Source: Eledone cirrhosa (lineage: Eukaryota). From it: a DNA stretch of 64,000 bases. The notes below the pieces were generated by a model that was not told the origin of the DNA, searched no databases, and saw only the letters and a program-made list of their open reading frames with translations. Below are positions 52,676 to 64,000 of this stretch, in pieces. The DNA lies in NCBI GenBank assembly GCA_964016885.1, contig OZ024743.1:300638001-300702000 (forward strand), written 5' to 3'. Each line of letters begins with the position of its first letter. Positions within the stretch are counted from its first letter, which is position 1. The translations under genes and the position numbers were made by a program.

Positions 52676-55600
52676 GAAAAGAGCAACATTATTCATGAAT
52701 TGAATTCACTGACCCGTTCATCACCGTGATCGGCTTGACCTCGATACCTCATTCTCACTAACATTCGGTTTGGTTGACCCCATCTTCTCTTCATTGCATT
52801 TCCACATTTATTCTATAACTAGGTTGTTGCTATTCCTATATAAACTGACTATTTATACCACCATCAAGTCTTGTTAAAGCCTTGGGTTAAGGAAGTGCTG
52901 TTGTAGTCTTCAGCAGTCATCCATTATAATTGCAGCACCATTACAAGAATATCACGGAGATACATTATGGCAAGGGCGATAATTTGAGTAACTATGACTA
53001 ATAAGTAATGTCTTAACTTAGTATTATCGCGTCTTATAACTACGTGCTTAATTGATGAATTCCATTTGAAAATAGCACATTACTAGTCATTATTGCATTA
53101 AGTTCTATTGAACTCGTTGCCTCATTGATCCTTTATTGAGTCTGCCAACTTACTTCCCTCAAGCTAAACTTCCTACATGAAAGACTGGTTCATCTTCATA
53201 TATAACTTGACTCGACTTGGTTAATTAATGACAGTATTTGTGTTTTTCATTGCAGTTTTGTTTATTACAAAGTGTTATTCCAGAACATTACTTGAAACTT
53301 TTTCATACTGGAACAGGACTCATTATAGTAAGTTCCTTATACATAATTGTATAGGCTTATATAGGCAAATATTTGCGTAACTTTACACATTCGCTAAAGA
53401 GAAAATGGTCTTAGCAATGAAGAACAAATGCTGGCAGTACATCGTTGTTACTTACGGCTCGGATTCATCCCATCGCCGTCGAACAACCTGTCACCCATGT
53501 GTTTAATTTGCAAGGAGTCATTTTCGAATGAGGCGATGAAGCTATCGCGTTTGAGTAGACACCTGGAGGTGAGGCACCCCGATAAGAGATATACAGAGTT
53601 ATCATACTTTCAGTCTCTTAGGAACCAATTCCAGAAAACAACATTAATTTCTTCTGCCTTTTCAAAAGTTGAAGCTTCAAATGTTGATGGACTTGTCGCA
53701 TCTTACAATATTGCCAATATAATCGCAAAGTGTGGCAAGCCCAATTCCTTCGGTGAAGCATTGGTAGCCCCTGTCATCTATGAGTTCTGTCAACAGTACT
53801 ACGTCAGAACCCGTTAAAGACCTTGAAATGTATTCCGTTGAGTAACGACTTAATAAGGAGACGCATCGACGAAATGGCGGAAAATGTTGAACCAAAATTA
53901 TGCAACATCTTGAAATCGATACAATTTGCTTTGCAACTTGTTGAAAGCACACTTTCCGGGAATCAGTCCTTACTACTGGGATACGTGCGATTTTTCAACC
54001 AAAACGAAATGCACGAGGAGCTTCTCTTCTCTCTAAACCTAGCCACCATCTTTGAATCTGTCAAGGGATCCCTCGAATAAAAAGAGATAGCTCTTAACAA
54101 TATTGTATCATGTGCTACGGATGGCGCAAGAGCAATGGTCGGCCAACATAAGGGTTTTGTCTCTCTTCTGAAGGGGAAAAATCCATCTGTATTTGCTGCT
54201 CATTGTGTCATTCATCGACAACACTTGGCTGCGGAGAAACTCAGTGAGCCGCTGAGCAAGTCTTTGCATGTAGCCATTGATGTCATCAATTATATCAAAC
54301 ACCATGCCATCAATGAACGAATTTTCCGGCAGCTGTACGAAGATAATGACGAAGAATTCGTCGTGTTGCTACTTCATACTGATGTGAGGTGGCTTTCAAA
54401 GGGCAAGTGCCTTACTCGCTTCTTTGAACTGATCGACTCTATCATTGAGTTTCTTCGAGGAAGCCACAATTAACTGTATAAACAAAACATCGATGGGAGG
54501 CAAGACTGCGCCTACCACGCCGACATCCTCGACAAATGTAATAGCCTCATTATGGCTTTGCAGGAATTTAAAGGAAGGAATGCTGTGAAAATTCCGGGCC
54601 AAATTGAGAGTAATCGAAAGGAATCTTTGTCGACAGGAATTCTATAATTTTCCTAGTGTCGCAAATTTTAAAAACATTGTGAGACATGACCAACTCCAAA
54701 TTTATACCGCGCACCTCCGTGCACTACAAGACAACACGAGAGAACGGTTTGTCGACCCTTTACAGATGGACATCCCAATGTGGATAGCAGATTCCTTCAT
54801 AGCTCACGTCGACGATTTCGACGTTAAATTTCAGGGAGTATTAATTGAACTTCAGACAGATGACATTATCAAAATAACATTTTCCAAAATAGGAGAACGC
54901 ATTTTTTGGATGCAAGAGCAAATTAAGCGTCGATTTCCACTCCTACATGCAGGGGCTAAGAGATTTGCTTTGCCTTTTCCTAGCTCATACTTAGCCGAGA
55001 GGGGGCTTTGGTGTTGTTTCCAGACTGCATAGTAAGGGTCGCAACCGCTACAATGTGATTGCACGTGGAGATCTTCTGCTACAGCTCACGAAAATCCAGC
55101 CTGACGTCAAAGAGTTAGCTAAACTCCATGAAGCTCGAGGGTCCCATTGATACGAGGTCAAAGTAAGTCGATTTTATATTTGTAGTTGCAGTCTGACTGG
55201 ACTGGAAACCATCTACCACAATTCACTTACACATTTGTTGTATATATTTTAACGTTCACTAATGAATATACCCTCTTACGTGGTCATGAAAACCCTCTTC
55301 CGTGGTCTCTAAGCTCACAAAGCGGAGGGGACATCAAGTTAGATATCAACATTTATTCTGTCCGTTTCATTCAAGGGAAAATTGGAAATCTTTGAAATAA
55401 TACAATTGCCACTTTCTTCCAGATAAGAGCTCTCTTTGGATAGACAGAGTTGCTCTTGTATAAATGTTCAAAATAGCTGGTATCGTCTCGTGGGAATATA
55501 ACAAATTGAACTGGTCCTTATTCATAAAAAAGAATATTTATGTTCCTTTTTTTGAAATTTATATACATCTTTCAACTGCCTGCAATGGTATCTTTCGAAT

Positions 55601-55731
55601 ATCGTTAAACAATTTTTTTAGTAATCTACTGAAAATAAGTAGTATATTGAAAAATGGAAAAACAGGGTAGGTGGGCGTTTCGTGATTTTGAGGGGCAAAA
55701 GGGGGCGTTTGGCCGAAATGGGTTGAGAACC
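52676..55731 (+). mobile_element. Buster/Charlie-like hAT transposon, copy 2 (inverted relative to copy 1)
   Basis: Collinear, diverged reverse complement of 29897-32967; ends ggttgagaacc. Confidence 0.9.
53405..55150 (+). pseudogene. Buster-type hAT transposase pseudogene
   Basis: ORFs 53428, 53823, 54135 (HCVIHRQHLA, RWLSKG) and 54604; TDGA motif near 54117. Confidence 0.88.
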
Positions 55732-57538
55732 TTTTATTTAGAGGACCGATGACGAATTGACTGAAACTTAGCAAGCGTGCGAAGTTACAAGTAGGTGGAT
55801 AGCAGATACAAGAAGTAGCATTAATAAATGTGTTGTTATGAATAAAAATAAAATGTAAGATTTTGTCAATGTAACATCATACTCGTGAAATGCATGTAAC
55901 GGTTTATCCGATAGATGAATGCGACTGCAAATTAATTCTCGGCGAGATTATGTGTAAATTTGTAAAAAAAGTCGTTCTTTTCCATGACAAGTACATTCTA
56001 CGTGCATACAAAATTTACTTGTCATCACACTTTCAGTGTCTTTAGTCAAGTCGAGGTTAAAGTGAATGTCACTTAACCAAGATGTGAGGTTGATGGTTTG
56101 AAAGCGGAATCATAAGACAGGAAATTATGCGAATTTATTTTTGCCACTAAGTATTATCAGCTAATGTTAATTGTAATTTTACATAATGGAATATCTTGTT
56201 ATTTATGAAATATAAATAAATTTGTTCTTCAAATTAAATTATACAAATGTCTCATATATACATTTCATATAAATATTCTGTCAATAACGATACAACCGTT
56301 CAAATATCAATTACAATAATACGGTTATACACTGTTAATAGAGACATTAGAAGGATGTTACAAAATGTCAGAAACAATTTCCAATATATAAATTAAATAC
56401 ACCAACCATTGAAATTGGATTGAAAAATTGACAGACTGGATTGTGCTACTTACATTGTAATGCGAAAATTCTCACACATAAAGCTTTTTTCGTATTCATT
56501 TATATGTATCTATACATTGAGTAGAAGTGATGTTGACGAAATATCTAATAATAAGTAATATTATTAATACAATATCCACACAATCAAAGATACAAACAAA
56601 CATACACACACACTCAGAAACACACATATACGTACATGTACGCACATAGAAAAATGGTGATTTCCTTCATAATATCGGAATGACAGTAGGCCTCCCACGG
56701 TGGGTCGGGTGGCTGTTGACATAAATAAATAGTCAAATTAATATGTCAGATAACATTCAGAGAGTTTTATGTTTTATATGCATGTTTCATATTCAATATA
56801 TGTATATTTGATAGACGAAGCAAATTGAGAATAACCAGTTCCTGAAGCCAAGTACTTTGAAGCCAAAACGCTTCACGTATTCTATATGTAAACGTCTGAA
56901 TGCGACAGGAGTATATCTTTCCCAATATATAATTTCGATACTCTCTCTAAAAGAGTATCTATTTGCATATAAACTCCGAGGATACTCACACATGTATACA
57001 AGCTCACACATGTATATAAATAATTTCTACATAAGTAGAACCGTTTCAATCCTATAAAATCATCAGGGCATTGCTAAATACTTCATACGAATGAAACATT
57101 TCTATTCCTATAAAATACAGATTATAAAACTGTATACTTCTTTAACTGTGGTCACATCACGATCATATTCGGGAATCTACCTATTGTATAGACAATCTTT
57201 GCATACATAGAGCTATGAAAATATTCAACAACAGAAAGTTTGAGCTGTTTTACATCAACCCTTATTTACTATTTTCCTTGCCATTTATAATAATCTGCCT
57301 CCCACTCCCCTACAATATTTGAAATTTTTATTTTTATTCTATTTTATTTCTCTCTTGGAATATATTTTTAATCATATTTTTTAGTACTTGTCTCACTAGC
57401 TCTATTTGATTACTAGCTGTAAGGAGTATTTGATACTTCCCTTAGTCTGGCATCGTTTACTAGCTCTATACAGACGTTTAAATAAAATAAATAAATAAAT
57501 ATGTTAATTTAATTCCAGATTCGGGCTGATTGTGAACG

Positions 57539-57656
<118 letters not shown>

Positions 57657-57840
57657 TTATATAAAATATATATATAAAATATAAAATATTATAAAATATT
57701 TTTAGTCCAGAATTAGCCGTCGAAACGGCTTGAGCTCAGCCGTCGGGGTCTTACTCGTTCCTATTACCCACTCTACTACCCAAAGTATTGAGTAATTTGG
57801 TGCGTTATGGGCCACCTGGTTCCTTACCACATTCCTTTCG

Positions 57841-57881
<41 letters not shown>

Positions 57882-59071
57882 AACGGCTAATTCTGGACTA
57901 AATGAAAATTTATCCTGGTATTTAAATAGCCGAGCTTCTCAAGGGGTAATTCCATATATGATCAAAGTGATTGTCAAAAGGTAGTAGTAATTCTGTGATT
58001 GCAAATTAGTAGGGGAGATGGTGGCTAAACATGCCAGTAGGAGAAAAAGGGGAGGGGGTGGAGTAGACACAATCATGCGTTGGCAGTGCCAGCTACAGCT
58101 GGGCATGCGGTCAAAAAAGATACTGGGGAGGGGGAGGAAGTCGAAACGGTAGGTAGAACAACGAGGGGTAAAAAATATATATATGAAAGAAAAAAGACTG
58201 AGAGTGATGAAAAGCGAATAAGTGTAAAGAAAAAAGAGTATAAAAGCAAGTTCTACGACCTAAGTCTCTAGCTATTGTTAGGCTAGAAAAATAAATAAAT
58301 AAAGAAAGAAAGAAAGAAATAAAGAAATAACGAAATAAGTAAATAAACTAGGTGGGACGGAATAGGCAAGGACCCTTTTAAGAGGTATAAGCACGTAAAT
58401 CATACGGTGACGGGTCAACAAATGTGGCCAAAATACTAAAGAAACTACCACGGAATAAATAATAAAGGTTTCTATCCCGGGCACCAGGCCAGCAACCACC
58501 CAGTGCAGCAAAGTAAACTAGTACTAGATAATAATTCTGAGTCCCGAAAAAAAATATATACTTATGTTAACTCTAAAGGTACCGCCGCGCTACAAAAGAT
58601 CTTATACAAGCTACATGAAAGTTCGTACGAAGTAAAGGTAGAATACTGAAAAATAAATTCAGAATCCACCCCGCTCAAAAGAAAAGAGAAGAAAGAATAC
58701 TGAAACGAGAAAATAAGGCATAAGTGCCACTTAGAAATATAGAAGGCACGGAAAATAGGGGGAGTGGTCGGAAAAGGGGGCAAGTATCCGGGGTCTAACA
58801 CAACTGCTATAAAAAGCGGAGTCCGCCAAATCTATCATAGACTAGGGGAGGGGGTGGGAGTACTGAGGCTACAAGGGGCCAAAGGGCAGCCTCGGGTGGG
58901 CGAGAAAAGAAGCCGACAAAGAAGAAGAACTGGGGTAGAAGGACTAAGGAGGGATGGGGGAAGAGGGAAATAAAGGAAGCGATAAAAGAATAAAAAGAAG
59001 ATCTTACGTCTCCCTTGACAAGCAGGGGTTACCCATTGCAAAATCGGCAAGTGGGGTATTATATCCCTAGT

Positions 59072-59707
59072 CTACCCACCTGGGTCATTATGGGGTTTGA
59101 GAGCGAGGTAAGTCCTACGCAATCTATGTTTACATGCAGTAACCAGTTTATCTTTCTTGTTTAGGAGTTGGTCCGTCGAAAACAACATTTGTAAAGTTTC
59201 CTCCGAGCATAAATTGCACGGACGGCGTCCTCCCGTGTAAGAATTGGCTCTGGACAGTAATCTCCAAGTGAGATCATAGGTGATGTTGTTGTCCTTGAGG
59301 TCCCATATGTGGCCCGAAAGTGTAGTGGCGTGACGCCGGGCCGGGTTTCGGAAGGTATGTCTATGTTGGTATAGCTGGGTCTTGAAGTCACATGCGGTAA
59401 GTCCTATATAAGCTTTGTTGGAGGTACCCGTCCTCACGTTGCACTGGTAGATCACATTACGGTCAGTTCATCTATTGTCGAGTGGGCAAATGGATCTATC
59501 CGGACAGTTGAACCTCCTGGTCGGCTCTCCACTGCTATTTAGCTTATTTCTTCCATCGGGGTTGAGTTTTTTGTTGTTAGAGGAGACGATGTTTTGTGCG
59601 AAGTTTGGTGTAGTGCTGTAAGAGAGTTTGATGGTATTTTTGTTAATTATGTTGTGGTAGCGGTGTTGTAGTGGGAAGTGTTTTTCAATGAGCCTAAAGA
59701 ATAGTTT
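59072..59707 (-). pseudogene. PLE RT-thumb / GIY-YIG endonuclease fragment
   Basis: ORFs 59468..59836 and 59072..59455 are in one frame, separated by a single TGA. Confidence 0.85.
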
Positions 59708-60656
59708 CCCCTCCCCTAGTCTATGATAGATTTGGTGGACTCCGCTTTTTATAGCAGTTGTGTTAGACCCGGATACTTGCCCCCTTTTCCGACCGCTCAC
59801 CCTATTTTCCGTGCCTTCTATATTTCTTAGTGGCACTTATGCCTTATTTTCTCGTTTCAGTATTTCTTTCTTCTCTTTTCTTTTGGGCGGGATGGATTCT
59901 GAATTTATTTTTCCGTATACTACCTTTACTTCGTACGAACTTTCATGTAGCTTGTATAAGATCTTTTGTAGCGCGGCGGTACCTTTAGAGTTAGCATTAG
60001 TATATATTTTTTTCGGAACTCAGAATTATTATCTATTACTAGTTTACTTTGCTGCACTGGGTGGTTGCTGGCCTCGTGCCCGGGATAGAAACCTTTATTA
60101 TTTATTTCGTTGTAGTTTCTTTAGTATTTTGGCCCCATTTGTTAACCCGTCACCGTATGATTTACGTGCTTATACCTCTTAAAAGGGTCCTTGCCTATTA
60201 CGTCCCACCTAGTTTATTTACTTATTTCGTTATTTCTTTCTTTCTTTCTTTATTTCTTTCTTTCTTTATTTCTTTCTTTATTTCTTTCTTTATTTCTTTC
60301 TTTCTTTATTTATTTTTCTAGCCTAACAATAGCTAGAGACTTAGGTCGTAGAACTTGCTTTTATACTCTTTTTTCTTTACACTTATTCGCTTTTCTTCAC
60401 TCTCAGTCTTTTTTCTTTCATATATATATTTTTTACCCCTCATTGTTCTACCTACCGTTTCGACTTCCTCTCGCTCCCCAGTATCCTCTTTGACCTCATG
60501 CCCAGCTGTAGCTGGCACTACCAACGCTTGATTGGGTCTACTCCACCCCCTCCCCTCTTTCTCCTACTGGCAGGTTTAGCCACCATCTCCCCTACTAATT
60601 TGCAATCACATAATTACTACTACCTTTTGACAATCACTTTGACCATATATGGAATT

Positions 60657-60750
60657 ACCCCTTGAGAAGCTCGGCTATTTAAATACCAGGATACATTTTC
60701 ATTTAGTCCAGAATTAGCCGTTTCGACGGCTTGAGCTCAGCCGTCAGGGT
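60657..60750 (+). ncRNA. Type I hammerhead-like motif with U3-A8 core variant (GAAA disrupted in this copy)
   Basis: acccc TTGAGAA g..cggcta...tagccg [tcGAAA in sister copies] cggct-tgagctc-agccg TC (g)gggt. Confidence 0.6.
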
Positions 60751-60791
60751 CCTACTGGTTCCTATTACCCACTCTACTACCCTAAGTATTG

Positions 60792-60845
<54 letters not shown>

Positions 60846-61931
60846 CGAGAGAGAGAGAGAGACGCCATAGAGAGAGAGAAATATATATAAGTAAACCGTT
60901 GTTGAGCATTTGTGTGTACAAACAACGTAAACTTATTAAATATAAAATGTGAGGTGTATAGAGATTTAGAAATTGCCCCACGAGCTTTAATTTTGGGGAA
61001 GTGCAAATGATAGTGCAAGCGATCTCATATTCTTTAACATCATTTAGACTCCAAATGGATGTGTCTACTAATCGTGTGAAATTATGCATGTGGAAAATAT
61101 CAATTTTTAGCTGATTTTTCCATGAGGCAATTACATTTTTTTTATTCATCTTCATCTGTATGTCTGACCATAATTTGAGAAATGAATTCTGTAGAATAGC
61201 ACTAATCGTTAATATTGCATTTTTTTTAAATTATATTCTGGATTTCATATAGACGAATGTTGTACTATTACTGCAGATTATTTTAAAGTAAATATTATTA
61301 AAGATTTAAAGTGCATCTTTTGCAAATATAAATAAAGTTTATCGAATATATGTTTCGCTGGGCAGAGTATTAACTGTAAATATTTTTCTCTAATTCGTTT
61401 GTACTCGGAAAATATTATTAGTAATTTATTGAGTACTTGAGGTAATTCGTTCTAATGTGAATTTATATACAGACGGCTATATATAAATTTCGATAGTAAT
61501 ACTTTTTTGGTAATGCGCATATGCATATAATGTGCGCTGGACCGGCTATTATAAATTGGCGCTAGAAATAATGTAACGAGTTTCAAGTATATAGGTGATG
61601 CAATATAGTTGTCAGTATATTAAGCTGCGAACAAATGTGAAAATATCAAAATATTCTTAAGTTTATTATAATTAAACAGAGATTATAGTCTTCTAAAGGC
61701 AAACGATGTACATATAATTAACTCTCGCTGACCTCGTCAAATTTGTGCAACGTTGAAGTACCTGTATGGCAGTAATTACATTCGTATGCACTGAAAAATT
61801 CAGACTTACTTTGGTGAATGTAATTTGTATATTTAGAAATTAAATGAACTAAGAGATCTTCAACAGAGATTAACACCACACCCGCTGAAAACTGAAAGGG
61901 AATTTTGTATATATAAATATATGTGTCTGTA

Positions 61932-61999
<68 letters not shown>

Positions 62000-62184
62000 T
62001 AGGGGAGATAATAGATAGATAGAACTATAGACAGATATGTGTATGTATGTATGTCTCAGAATATGCGACGAAAGAACGTTGACAAACGGATGAATAACGA
62101 ACAATAAAGATAAATATAGTGGAAATTATATGGTGAATATTCTCTTTCGATAGCCAATATTGGCAACATGACCATCCCTAAATA

Positions 62185-62402
62185 TAATAATAATTGTTTC
62201 GACTTTTGGCACAATGCCAGCAATCATCCAGTACGTTACTATATTTTATCGACCCCGTAAGGTTGAAAGGCAAAGTTAACATCGGCGGGATTTGAGGTTA
62301 ACTTTGCCTTACATCCTTACGGGGTCGATAAAATAACGTATCATTAATACACTGGAATAATTGCTGGCCTTGTGCCAACAAGTAGAAACAATTATTATTA
62401 TT
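62185..62402. mobile_element. Two inverted SINE fragments forming a palindrome
   Basis: ttttatcgaccccgtaagg...ggcaaagttaac / gttaactttgcc...ccttacggggtcgataaaa. Confidence 0.8.
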
Positions 62403-62686
62403 ATTGAAGGTGAAGCCACGCTTCTTATCGTCTTCAGTTTTTTTTTCAACAGTTTACCACGTTTTTAATCGTTCTAAACCTTTTATTCAAGTTTTAAACT
62501 TGATAAAAGTTTAAAGAAGTGACCCAGCTAATACAGGGGTTCACTCGTAAATAATACGGCACCCCATTACGGGGTGTCGTATTATGTAAACATATTATTT
62601 GAGAAAAAAATAATTTCTTTCAATATGGATAACACAAGAAAGAGAGAGCGCTGAAATAAACAGAGAGAGAGGGAGACTTTTTCAGC

Positions 62687-63917
62687 ATGTCAACAAGACA
62701 GCGTTCTAGCGAAGGTAAATATAAAAGAAAATATTACGAAGAAAAAGAGGAACAATATCATTTTAATGATATTGTTACAGATTCAAAATTACCAAATATT
62801 TCTACCACAAACAACACCACCAATAACACCAACAACAACACCATCAATAACAATAGCAACAACAAAAATAACAGCGGTAAGGTCGAGAACGACAATAACA
62901 ATGACAATAACAACATCCACAACAACAATAATAGTAGGAACAGTATCAGCAAAAACAACAATAACAACAGCCACAATAACAGTAACAACAGCACTATTAT
63001 CAACGAAAACAAAACAACAAAAACAGCAACAACACTAACAACGAAAACATCAACAATGACATCGATACCTGTAACACCGATCTCAGCACCACCAGCAAGA
63101 CCAGTAGCGGCAGCAATAGTGATGCTGCTGAAAAAGGGACCACTTCTTTTGCAGGTGTCCCACGAAATATCGAAACAGTGTTAGTCAAAGAGGAGGAGAT
63201 GACAGTCGCAAGGGCCATGGTGACAAGAAACGCCAATAGAGTTTCCCTGAAACCTCCACCCGATTTTGTCAAGGATCAGCAGCTACGGTCGGTGAGTTAC
63301 CGCACCGTAAGCAAAATGTCACATCGGGTGGAGAGAGCCACGGAGGTTCAAATCCAAAAGGCTTTGGTGTGCGTCTGGGCACGGAAAACCCACATCACCC
63401 GAGCCAGAAAGTACGCCACACTTGACGTACTTTTCGCCACCCCCAAGAAGCGAAGTCTCACTCTTTGGAAACCCTAAAGAGTGAGGAGATATTCTTGGTG
63501 CCCTCCTACTACGGGCAGAAAATTGTGAGGGACCACGTTACCCAGGTCCTACCCGACGTGCCCATACCTTGGCTGGCCGCGTCTGTCCTTGCTGGAATCG
63601 AGGACAGGACGACCATGCTGCAAGTAGAGAAAATAGGGAGAGAGAACTGGTCAGGTATAGGCATGCAAAAGCTTATACACACTGACCAGGAGCGTATCGA
63701 CGCTATAACCGATATCATAGACCTCGAGGAAGGACTACAACTCCCTATAAGCGTGGAAGGAAGACGGCCAAATTGTTATCTCTGTGGGTCAAAGGGAAAC
63801 GTCAGGGCTTTTTCCCGCAGTAGACAACGAAGAAGAAGGCCTCTCTCCTTCCAATATCTCGTGCGCTGCTACAAACTGCACGGCAGGAAACAAACGCAGA
63901 AGCACCTTCCACGATGA
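62687..63917 (+). pseudogene. Frameshifted Tx1/L1-like LINE ORF1 with an Asn-rich leader and degenerate zinc knuckle
   Basis: LPISVEGRRPNCYLCGSKGNVRAF resembles CX2CX4HX4C; three overlapping ORFs. Confidence 0.55.
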
Positions 63918-64000
63918 GTAGGAGGGCAACGACGGGGGCAGCAGTACCTAGGCCAGGAATAACTAAATAGCAGCATCAGTGGCGGCAACACCAGTAGCTA

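Larger units (their letters stand above)
57702..60792 (-). mobile_element. 5'-truncated Hydra-type PLE with an inverted copy of its 3' UTR
   Basis: Minus-strand KHFP..H..HNIINKNTIKLSYS, CPL, VIYQC, YIGLT, TTLSGHIWDLK, CNLC, ACKH (59707-59072); 57882-58853 mirrors 59708-60722. Confidence 0.88.

Noticed and set aside
59708-59836. N-terminal part of ORF 59468..59836 as genuine protein
   Set aside because: It is the inverted 3' UTR arm fused by chance in frame at the inversion junction

Overview
AT-rich, microsatellite-dense eukaryotic DNA, most likely a coleoid cephalopod (octopus-type SINE core 'ttttatcgaccccg...ggcaaagttaa...ggatttga'). I cannot support any host protein-coding gene; the window is dominated by mobile DNA. 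From left to right it holds: a degraded endogenous parvovirus/densovirus capsid gene (PLA2 plus VP motifs, ~1.5-2.9 kb); an RTE-type LINE fragment; fold-back elements; a ~6.4 kb inverted pair of Penelope-like elements (PLE; RT plus GIY-YIG); a Hydra-type PLE 3' fragment; an intact CR1-group LINE with CCCH-finger ORF1; a 470-bp hammerhead-bearing partial tandem element; a Buster/Charlie-like hAT copy; a second hAT family; a Tx1/L1 fragment; a second CR1-group LINE; an inverted second Buster-like copy; another Hydra-type PLE; and a Tx1-like ORF1. Main observations: (1) three different retroelements (two LINEs and one PLE) each place a T_TTT_TTA heptamer in the upstream-ORF frame just after the -1 (RT) frame opens, with no usable ATG, which suggests programmed -1 frameshifting; (2) several hammerhead ribozyme motifs, including one perfect core and a U3-A8 variant; (3) the parvoviral endogenous element. 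All family assignments come from motif recognition by eye, not database searches.
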